Part shown: piece by piece, positions 11,476 through 22,257 of the stretch
How positions within the stretch are numbered: the stretch's first letter is position 1
How the letters are laid out: each line of letters begins with the position of its first letter
From: Balanoglossus misakiensis
Lineage: Eukaryota; Animalia; Hemichordata
DNA length: 64,000 nt
Assembly: GCA_040954595.2 (NCBI GenBank)
Contig: CM082584.2
Span: forward strand, 6,266,110 to 6,330,109
Reading direction: 5' to 3'
Position numbers and translations under genes: made by a program
The notes under the pieces: generated by a model
The model's database searches: none
Seen by the model: the letters and a program-made list of their open reading frames with translations, nothing else
What the model was told of the DNA's origin: nothing

Positions 11476-14400
11476 TTATTTTGCCATTTTAAACAGGAGG
11501 CTGGTGTCTACCCACTGGCATTTGCCATCACTAGTGGAAGATACGTCATGAAACAAGTCACAGCAGTCTTCCAGGAAGAGCTCTTGGGAATCTGGCGGTA
11601 TGTGGTTCAGATGTCCCAGGAGAGGTTTCAGGAACGCTGTGAAAAGGGGATGAACAGCAAAGTAAAAAATGTACGCTGACGTCAGAATCTGATTCGAAGT
11701 TAAAAGGGGAGGATCGTCTGAGCTGCGCATGTGCGACTTTTCGATTTAAAAACACACCAGCAGCATTATTCCCAATCTTATAAGGGAAGGCCCCTTGCCA
11801 ATCGATATTGGGTAAATGGGAAGAAATGTGATAACAAGTAACGACGCATTGTTGTTATGGTGTATAAGGCAAAACAAAGCAACGGCCAATTTTTCAATTG
11901 TATACATTGTATAGCAGTATATAAAAGGCACAAATCGCCTCAAGGCCGATGGCTGCCCTTTTTTTTCACACCACGTGTTGAAAGTTCAGACAGTCTGGGT
12001 TAAACACATTGTATTATTAATGTGTCTGTATACTGTCTGCAACCCATCGTTCTCTGCGCTCGTTAAAATAGCCAGATCCCCAAGATATCCTTCTTTATCA
12101 CATGAACTGGCCCTGATCACCACCTGTGTGACGTAGACCAGGACAGATCAAAAATCCTGATCACCCCTGTGTTACGTCATCAACCGGAACTATTTCCACC
12201 GATTCGCCGTAGCTTTGTTGTCAAACAGAAACAGTACGTGTAGCGCGCGGCATTTACAATACAGAAATGAAATAAAAAAATTACGGTTCCATGACAAAAA
12301 CGCTTTGTAAGCTCAGAAAAGCTCAGAAAGGTGGAATTTGGAAAGAAGACAGTCGACGCAACGATCATGGACGATCGTGGCTGTCAAAGTTTTGGGTCAG
12401 GTGTACATAGCCTAGGCTAGGCACAAGTCCGGTACGTTCCGAGTCGAATCAGTGTGGGGAATTGTTTCGAGCCAGTTCAGCGTGACGACTGAACCTCTCT
12501 ATTGCACCGGTCAACGAAATGTATAAGACGTGGCAACAGGTTGCAGTAAAATTGTTAGAGAATCGATTACATTTGTGTAAGGCCGAACTTCGAGCGAACG
12601 GAACTCAACGGGACGACTTGTTGGGAGATTTTATGAATGATCAGCGATAGTTCACCATTTGCGTATATGCAAATGATGAACTATCGCTGATCATTCATAA
12701 AATCTCCCAACATATATCTCCTGGGGGACATAATCCCGCTCAGTAAAATACGACACCGCTCCAAAATTGTTGCAAGGTACTGAATTGTTTTAGTCCTGCC
12801 TCTTCTAACGAAAAATAAGAAGACTGTTCATGTGATAAATATATAATCCCATGATATCTTTCTTTGTTTAACGTCATCGTATACTCGTGGTTTTCGCGGA
12901 GTCGTACAACTTCTCGCCTACGGCTCGAAGTTGCACTGCTCCGCGAAAACCACTCGTATACGATGACGTCAAACAAAGAAAGATATCATGGGATTATATG
13001 TAATCAACGTGGGGTACGATTGGATTTGTTTCAATCTAAGTCATCTAAGCAACTAAGACTAATTTGTAAGCGTGCAGTTAAGACACCCACTTTCAATTTT
13101 TTTTCTCACATTTTTGCCAGGAATATGCACAATGTTACATAACATTCAATTAAACGTACCAACGGGCCTGGAACACTATAGTTAATGTTTGGTATTCCCA
13201 GAGTATTTGTCAAAATAAATTACAAACACGACACCAGAGTAATTGACTGCCAGCTATGTTTAGTCAATAAACGTGAATGTTCTATTTGTAAGGTTCCAAT
13301 TATCCCAGGGAACATGCAATGGGTGGAACACTGAGGTCAATCTGTAACAAGTTTATGGCACAGGTAGACCTCAGCCGTTGCGTACATTGTATAGCGGTAT
13401 ACCTTTGCGCCTAATTTGACTTGCCGCAACTGAGTCGTGTGTGACATCTTTCTTACATCTTTCATCCGTTATACCTTAAAGTTCCATTATATTTTGGTGC
13501 AGTGATTCTTTGTACATGTCAATGCAACCACTGTCTCTCCCCGACAACAATTGCACGTTCACCCATGTGTAGGCCTACACAGTAACCGCTAAACAAGTAG
13601 ACACAGGTTTTGCCCCCAAAATGATTTACCTTTTGCCATCTCTCTTGTTTCCAACACCACTTTTGTACACACTGTTGTCAGAAGTCGTGGGCTTTCCCGA
13701 TATCCACACCGTGAAATCATATCTTGCATGTCTTGCGGGTTGCCGTTGAAACAGTTTAACCCCAGGTCAAAGTCCTTTTTGTGTTCAGAATACAAATGCA
13801 TACGGAAATGTCAACGTCTATGACCCAATACATTGTCCATAATAAATGCTTCTAAACCGCCTTCTAAACACAAGTGTCTGTTAGAACCTCCCGTAAACAC
13901 ATAACTTTGTTGTTGTAGTGTATCGGGTACATGAAATATATCAAATTTAAACATACATGAGTTCGGATGAACGTAACCAAGATCAAATGCAAAATGTGCC
14001 GCACTTTTCACAAGTCGGGTATTTTCTTGTTACTGAACTAAATTGTTGTTGTTTTTGTGACCACCCTTTTAATAGTAACACAATAAGCGAATTCACTTTT
14101 TAAGCAGTCTGTAATGCCACGTTGCCACATGCGGTGCCTTGGTGTTGAGAAAGCCGTTCTGAATAAACAGTCGTTCGAATACATTATACGTACGTTATGA
14201 CTCAGACAGGCCATTGCCCCTCCCCCCGCTGTTGAAGGGATGTCTAACCGATGAATTCCTCGGCGTTAGTGGGTATCGGCCGATTACTTACCCGTAAGAA
14301 CTTCTTCCACCTTTGGAGTTTTGTTGGATTATCACAATAGGCTTGCAAAGTGGAAGTCTGCGATATTTGGCAGACAGCTATCCCATCCCGTTGCAAACAC

Positions 14401-15080
14401 CAAAATATACTCTGGAGATTTCTCTCGGTGTCTCCCATCCAATGGAGAGCCATGTTACTGTATACCTTTGTGAAGGCACTTCCGAATTCACTGTGCGTCT
14501 CCTGTATTTTGGTGAAATCAGCCACGAGGAATTTAGTCTTGCCCTCGACTGAGTTGTTGCGGCGGGCGAAGTCAATCGCCCCGGGGGATATGTCAATTCC
14601 TGCAAAAAAAAATCACATAACAAGAAAGACAATGGAAATTTTTTTTTTTTTCAAACTTTGTCTAAAATGTAATGTGTTGTTTCAACGAAGCCGAGGAGTT
14701 GGGCAGCTCTTGTTTCAATTGCCCAGAAGCTGTTACTTTTGAAATTAGAATTGTAGACGGGATGTCCGTCTACAAACTCTTGTGATCTACACAAATTTTA
14801 AACGGATGTTTCTTTAATCAGATGGGCATAGCAAGTACATTTGTACTAAGTGGGTCTGCCAGTCTACCATCGCATATTTGAAGAAATACCTACCGACTAC
14901 CGCTTGGACGTTTGCTCGTTCGGCCATCAGTTTTGTCATCTCTCCTGTACCACAACCAACGTCAAGAATAATATCATTGTCTCCCCATTCATTTTCCTCT
15001 AGCAGGTCCAGCAGTTCCAGACCAGTTTTTTGTTGAAGAGGTCTATTTGTGGAGTAAACGTCCCAACCGCACTCGTTCAT
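11476..15080 (-). CDS. Class I SAM-dependent methyltransferase, JHAMT-like, paralog 2
   Basis: Exons 15080-14894, 14599-14292, 13774-13630, 11636-11476. Motifs IILDVGCGTG, GIDIS, FTKVYSNMALHW, IPPDSQELFLED. Intron positions and phases match paralog 1, and exon 3 is 145 nt in both. Confidence 0.85.
12094..13003. mobile_element. Non-autonomous hairpin-rich DNA element, family A, copy 2 (in last intron of methyltransferase paralog 2)
   Basis: About 0.9 kb copy of 2735-3638 in the same orientation, with few substitutions and unrelated flanks. Confidence 0.85.
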
Positions 15081-16880
15081 GGTGTTGTAGTGAAGTGTCT
15101 GGATCGACTCGTAATGACAGACTTCTATGCCTTTTGTCCAGGTGAAAGGTTTTGAGTTAACCAGGTCACGATGACGTAAAACACTTTCAAGAGGGGGGCC
15201 AGCTTGAATAAGCATTGTTCACGAAAGTACACTGAGCCAGTGCTGTGCCCATACCTTTCGCAAAAAAAGTCATTCACTTAAATATGACTGCCTCTGTCTC
15301 AAAATTACGTTGGTCTTTTAGCAACATAGAGTTGTTGGTATAATACGAATAACACACCGGAACTAGGAGAAATAATGCAAATAGCCTCCTAAAATGTCAA
15401 AATGATTCACTGGGTGCAAAATGCAAACAATATACAGTATGTGCAGACTGTCGTTCAGTGCGAGCACCAGTGCGCCTCCACCGGTCATTGCTTATACATC
15501 GTCACACGGGAATCCACTTCAAATCACGCCGCCATACTTCAGATTCTGTTTTTTTCTCCATTTGCTGTGCTACATACTCACGTGACACCTAAATCTTGAA
15601 TTGCGCCACCACATTCGCATTGTATGTTGCTTGAATCCAAACACCTTAGAATTTTCAGCCAAGCCGAAACGGGCTTTGGCAAAAAAAGGTACAACCAGAA
15701 AGAGTCAGAGTATAGTAATAATTTCTCTTAGTAATTATCGCTTTTGATATTGTACAATGTAATGACTAGTTCCGTGCCCGTTTTGTGGAAGTTACACCTT
15801 GATGAAAAAAGGTATGCTGGGGAGCCGAACAAAATGGTGACATCTTAAAACACGGTCAGGAAGTTATAAACGAAATGTTTTTCATCATTTCGGATGAAGT
15901 TATTATTTCCTCGCTATTCTATTTGCACAAAAAAACTGTTTAAAAAAAACTACAAATTATTATGGACACAGCTGACTGAGTCTTTTAGGCACCACGTGGG
16001 GGTATATGGTGTAAAGACCGAGAATTGAAATTGCAACACATTTAGGTATTGACAAGATGGCGACCGTTTTCGTGTCGTTCGTCGAGCAAGAACTCATCAA
16101 CCTAGAATTTGTGGACGAAATTTCTCAGTCATTTTTGGGTCGGATACCGTTTACGACCTCCTATGTACCAATCACCTGTTAGACAGCTCGGGAATGGACA
16201 CCATCAGTCATCTAATTATACCCTTTCGTCATTTTTTCCCCGCAGAACGGATCCACGGCGGCGGTTGTGGGGAGTTAACGTGGGTAACCGTGACCCCAGG
16301 TCATGCCAATTCCACGGTGACTACGTGGAACGCACTGTGGGTACTGGAAACATCAAATCAGATAGAAAGAGGTTGATAAATTACTTTATTCACGATGACC
16401 TCACAGTCTTAATTATTTTATGGTCCCCACACACAAGTCAAACATTTGATTACGATATCTCATCTTGTCGGTCAAGAAACTTTTCGAGTTGCCCGAATTC
16501 ACAACAAAAATGCGCGAACAGTCAGTTCCAGGGAGAAATTATTGATTCCAGCAGGATTGTTTTGCATACAACGAAATTCATATGTACTGTACATGACTGT
16601 CCAAAAAATGGAAATAAAATCATTGCATATATTTTATATATGATCAATGTACCGTAATCCGCACCCACCCCAAACACAGCAAGAAGCTACTTTGATGTCT
16701 GTGTTACACATTCAATCGGTGATTTTGGCGACAACTTCTCGGTTGCTGATAGTTGTATCATTGAAATGGCAGCAAGGCGGAGTAATTCTATCAGTTCGAC
16801 GCGATTTGAAATAACAGTAGATAAACTTTCCCGACCCACGCATGATTTGCGCCAAAAAGATTGTCCAGATATTCAATAAT

Positions 16881-17549
16881 ATAAGGTTATTCACAAAATA
16901 CCGGGATTTATGTCCGAGTACATCGTGCAGCGCAGGTATTGTCCGAGACGCGCAGCGTCGAGGACAATACCGAAGCGTACGATGTACGAGGACATAAATC
17001 CCGGTATTTTGTGAATAACCTTATTATTATACACCTTTTCCGGACGTCCTTGATGAACGATAAAGAATAAATTGGCCGCTATCGGACTTTCTAGTTTTCA
17101 GACACCGCCACGATGTAATTTGCATATCGAACGCGCCTTGACCACGCGCATCAGGTGATGCTAGTTTCGAACTGCCGACGTCTCGCGCGCGACGTTCTAC
17201 GCTGCTTGCGCTGAGCTCGTTCTGGAACTTGAAATGAACGCGCTCGCCTGTTCGTTCACAGATTCCTTCGACTGAAATTTCAGCGTGGATTTTGACTTAT
17301 TTCGCATGTTGGGTCACCAATAATTTTGTTTAATAACGGCTGTGTACTTTTTATATAAATTTTTGTCAGAGTAGGGTTAATATCATTGTTTACATTGATC
17401 ACCGGTCCTGTGAGGTCAAAGTCACAATGCGTCCAATAACCCTATGGGTTATGGGACTCCGCGTCCTCATTTGAATAATTATTGTACGGTGATACCGCGA
17501 ATTATTGTATCACGGAACTCCATAGGTTACAGCAGTAGGTGTATAATAA
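16881..17549. mobile_element. Non-autonomous hairpin-rich DNA element, family B
   Basis: Long hairpin: ATAAGGTTATTCACAAAATACCGGGATTTATGTCC (16881-16915) pairs perfectly with 16990-17024. It is followed by a body bounded by the 13-bp inverted repeat TTATTATACACCT (17024-17036) / AGGTGTATAATAA (17537-17549). Confidence 0.7.
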
Positions 17550-18385
17550 GTCTTCTGTATTTGTGGGAAGAGACACCAGTAAACACCCTTGTTTTTAAAA
17601 AATTCAGCTCAGTGGCAACAGGTAATACCATTTTCCAATCACTTAGTTTTGTTCTGGAATATTTTGATGTACTTCATTGATCTGTTGGAATCGAAATGTG
17701 CGCGATCTTTTCTTTAAAATTGAAAGCTGAATAAAATACCGTTGTCCGTAACCAGGACTGCCAACACGTTTTTGGGCCGCTTGGGTCCCCACAGTCGTGT
17801 TCCGATCTCTGGTGAAATCTGAAGCACGGCCTTTCGAACAACACGCGATGGTGCGATTTGCGAAAACAGATCATCATTAGCGCATCACCTTTGCTTCATA
17901 ATGGACGGGAAACGAGCTGTTTCAGCCGTTTATTTGGATTGCAGGCGGTCCGTTTGGAAGCGAATTCTTTGCAGCGGTGGCAACGTAGCTATATTAATGC
18001 GCGATTTGTCCAAACTATCAAATGCTTCGGCCCTGTTATCGTTGAACTCGCAAAACCCAGATGTCCAAGCACGCACAAACACGATAAGGGCCAAATTGCT
18101 TCTTTTATGCATGCACGCCAGTACGAGTCAATCTTGCGGGTCCCCGCATCATGTCAAGCGAGGCCGTGCATGTGTTGATACTATGGTGTTCTTTCCGTGG
18201 TGGTTCTGGGCGGTGGCGTTTTGAAACACTTAGGGCACAGTACTCCACTTGATTTTAATGTCTTATTGAAAAATTGACAATCAGAAAAATAGAGGGACAA
18301 ACTAATGCATGGTCTCAATCACCGCGCAGTTTAGTTCAACATGTAAATATCATCAACTGGGAAAATCATGAGTTTTGTGTGTAAT

Positions 18386-18411
18386 TCATCATCATCATCA
18401 TCATCATCATC
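18386..18411. repeat. (CAT)n microsatellite
   Basis: Trinucleotide tandem run. Confidence 0.85.
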
Positions 18412-21400
18412 ACTATACAACAACTACAACAAAACGCTTTATGTATACAGATGCTTCAAACGAAGAGAAATACACATGTGTGAAAAGTCCCCGCCGCTTC
18501 AATGTAAAAAATCTTGTGGTAAAATCCAAACTTTGGGATATTTACAAATTCGCACAAAAATGTAATTTTCTTCGTTGTTGTCGACAAGCCGGTAATTTTA
18601 TTGAATACTGCACAGGTTGAATGGAGTGGGTATACAAAACGGTATCTATATCCATGTATCACAGCCGTGACCGCTAAAGTGTCGAGATAATCCTTTTACA
18701 GCCTTGGATTGGCAATCGGTACAGTGATCAAATCCAATCACTATGGCGGCTACCGTGACAGCAAAGTTTTCTTCGCGCAGACAACGCGCCCTTATAGGAA
18801 AGAAAAGACCCTTGGGATTTGAGACACATCGCTTTCGAAACGGGTGGATTTTAACATTTATCGTCAACTATACAACGTCATGGTGAATCTGTCAGAAAGG
18901 TAAACATTTTTGCGATATTTTTTGTTCTCGTCCACCGTTTTGTTGAAAATACTTGTCAGCACAACCAGACTGACTCCAGAATGTAAAGTTCATATTACAA
19001 AATCCCGATGTCAGTATTGTTATACAGCCCGCCTGTGCTGTGGGTGGCCGAGGGGGTTTAATCGGCAGCCGATCCCGCGCGGGGCTGACTAATGCGACCA
19101 GCGTGTCCAACAACCCGCCATTTATCACTTTTCTCCCGTTTATCTGTGTGCACAGGATTTAGCGAGGAGGGGTCATTAAGATGCCGGTACCAGTTGAGCG
19201 CGAGGCGACATCTGATAGGCGCTTCTAATTTGTTGGTTGGGGATCACCTATCCCGTGAAAAGTATCACATCTATTGTCGGAGCGTGTCCTTACCCCGGGG
19301 TCATTAGCGCAGTCGCTTATAACAAAACGCCGTGATTCACCCGATCACAGTGTAAATATAACCCGGCTTGGATTGATAACAGCGCGGCGCCAATGGAATC
19401 GCCCCCCCCCCCTCTCTCTCTCTCTCTCCTGTCTCGGTTTGTGCGAAAATGAAGCAATTTACGTTTTAAAAAAGATCCCCATGTTAGTGTGTTTCAGTCG
19501 GTTGTCTTTGGCATTAAGCGTGAACAGGTTTATGCATTTATAGCCGGTATTTCTATGAGCATCGATGCAATTGATCGACCCGAGGTTGTAGTGTGGCCCT
19601 GGGACGGTGAGCGTCCCAGGAACGACTATTTCCCGTTTTCCCTCAGACAGATCTCGTGGTTCGCATCAGCGGCCAAGGTATGGACAATGCGAATCTATTG
19701 GCCTGGAAGTAAATGATAAAGTATTTTCTTTTTGTGTCATACCTACATTTCCGCCCGTACAGCTCAATCGGCGCCAAAATAAATCAGAAAGTTAATCGAA
19801 TCACACACTTATATTTATGATTTTATATTATCATATTGTCTATCAAGCTCACAGTTTTTTCTAACACTGGTACAGTCCTGAATATCACCACCTGACACTG
19901 TAAGATGTTGGCACTAGTTTTGTACATGGGAACAAAACACGGCGGACGATGATTACGACAGCTCCGCCGCAAGCTACTGTATGTCGTCATCTGACAGAAC
20001 TATACAATTAGTAAGAACAAATACTAATTAACAAATTATAAAACAACGGCCGCCTATATGTGCTGCGTTTTAATGATGATATGAGTTGAGGAACTTCTAT
20101 CCGACCAGAAAGTAAAATATTGTCTAGGAAAGTGGGTCGTCCAAATGCAAAAAAGGACAAATTCGATAGATTTCCGCTGCCGTGACAACATGATGGCATA
20201 AGATGCGGTACAATGAGTTACTAACGACACTGACAGCCATTTGCGAAGCGGTGTGCACACCTGACGCATAGATGACCCCGACCTACTTTCCCTTCAAAGA
20301 AGTCCTAAGTCTCGGCGGAGATGGATACCCGAACCACATTAAACAGGACATCTTCAGGTAACTAGACTAACCCCATATATGTACTTTAAGGTACCTACAT
20401 GTGTACGATTTTAATTAACAGCCGCGTTTGTTGACGCAGAAAGACACGATGAGGTCAGAAGTAACGGTGTGTTTACGTGTAAACCACCATATACTGGCGT
20501 CCGAATCTGAATATGAGGCTGTTTTCCGGATCCATGATATCTCTTTCCAGTACTATCTTGATTGTTATACCCGGTGCACACAAAATTGATTATTTCAAGA
20601 AGAAGAAAATGGTAACAAAGAATAAATATGCAGTCGAGAACATTCATTTTGGGCTAAGATTGTTGGGAGGAACATTGCAATTTGTTCTATGTGGGTGTTG
20701 GCAAATAATTCGGTCGCTTTGTGCATCATTCACTCGGTGTCGATCGGTGCCAGAAAACCGGTGTTCGTGATAATTTTTAAGTGATTAATAGAATCTCAGG
20801 TCCTATTTGGTCTTGGATGATCATTCGCGAAGGAGCAATTAATTTAAGAATGTATCTCTAATAGCTTGCCAGTCCAGACAGTACCAGTCTCGCACACTTC
20901 GTGCACAAACCAGGTTTGGTTCATCGTACCTTTTACAGGTTAATTCAGAAACATTACCAGTTGTTTGTGGCAAAACTGCGTTATATCGGTCATATATGTG
21001 TGTGTTTTGACCGTACCAGTCTATTAGATTTCACGTTCTTCGCACCCCAATTATGATAAAATCAATAGACATTTGATAACGACGACCCTAATTAGATCTC
21101 ACACAGTTATCGATTTTACATTCGGCTTAATCCAACGTCTCAAAATACTAAGGTTGGGGTTGACCTGTTTAGAAACAATAACGCCATCATCTGAGTAGGC
21201 CTACGCGCCTCGTGAACAGATTGTCAGTAAAAAATGTTTGTCCGCCATACTTTTCAATTCTGTGCTATATTTAAGTGTATGAGGGGTCTTTTTGGAGACG
21301 GAGATGAAAACTCTGCGTTCTCCATCTTGTTTTCATGAAAATCACCACTGGTTATTTTTTCATGGAGTTAACACAGAGGCCGGCCGGCCATTTTGAATTT

Positions 21401-21787
21401 CGAGTTTGAGACAGTTTTGCTCAAAAGTTTGCACGTAGAGCCCTCAATAAAAGTAACGTTGAGCAAAAATATGAAAAAATAGGGACAAAGTCACTCTTCT
21501 GGCTCTTTTGTGAAGAATACATAACTTCAAAAGTGTCAAAAGTTATCCAGTTTGCCACACTCAAGGAGATAATTTTGTTCGTGAATTACTCCCGTTCCAA
21601 CCTGGTTTCTTTGAGCAAATAATCACTGCCGTGCATGCACGCTGTACGTGAAAATTGTGTCCTCATCTATACGAAAGGCACTGCCGATCAAGACCTCGTA
21701 ATTGTAAGTTGTCGCACGAGGTCTAAACTTCGTGTAACAGCTGGAGTATAGTCATGCATGCAGGGTGCCGAGTTGTGGATAAAAACT

Positions 21788-21870
21788 AACGAACGAAAGA
21801 AAGAATGAACGAATCAATGAATGGACGGACGAACGAACGAATGAATGAATGAACGAACGAATGAATGAAC
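21788..21870. repeat. Degenerate (GAAT/GAAC)n tetranucleotide repeat
   Basis: Imperfect tandem GAAC/GAAT/GGAC units. Confidence 0.75.
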
Positions 21871-22193
21871 GAGTGTTAATATTATCCTTACTTAATTTTA
21901 GTCTCTTTCTTCTGGCGATCTGGGTTAAGTACAAAGAAAAGTTTCCAATATTATTATTTGGAGAAATGAGTAGAATTATCGTTCAAAAATCAGTCTTTCC
22001 TGAATTCACGGTCTCGTCAAACAAGAAGAGATCCCGGAAGTGACGAAATGGTGAACTTGCATTTGCCAATTCTGTAAGTGACGCCCGCGGTGACGAAAAA
22101 GTATTAAAATACGGGATCGTATTGTAGGGCGTACATTGTGAAAAATACAAATCTTGAAGTGATTTTTCGCTACATTTCGATGTACGCAAGAAT

Positions 22194-22257
22194 GGAGAGG
22201 GGGGAGAGAGAGAGGAGGGGGAGTGAGAGAGAGGGGAGGGGGAGTGAGAAAGAGAGA
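22194..22257. repeat. Polypurine (GA-rich) low-complexity tract
   Basis: Run made almost entirely of G and A. Confidence 0.75.

Noticed and set aside
16057-16376. AAGATGGCG start-like motif and an exon-like segment at about 16245-16370
   Set aside because: The first frame stops early, no family similarity, weak donor; could not build a gene.
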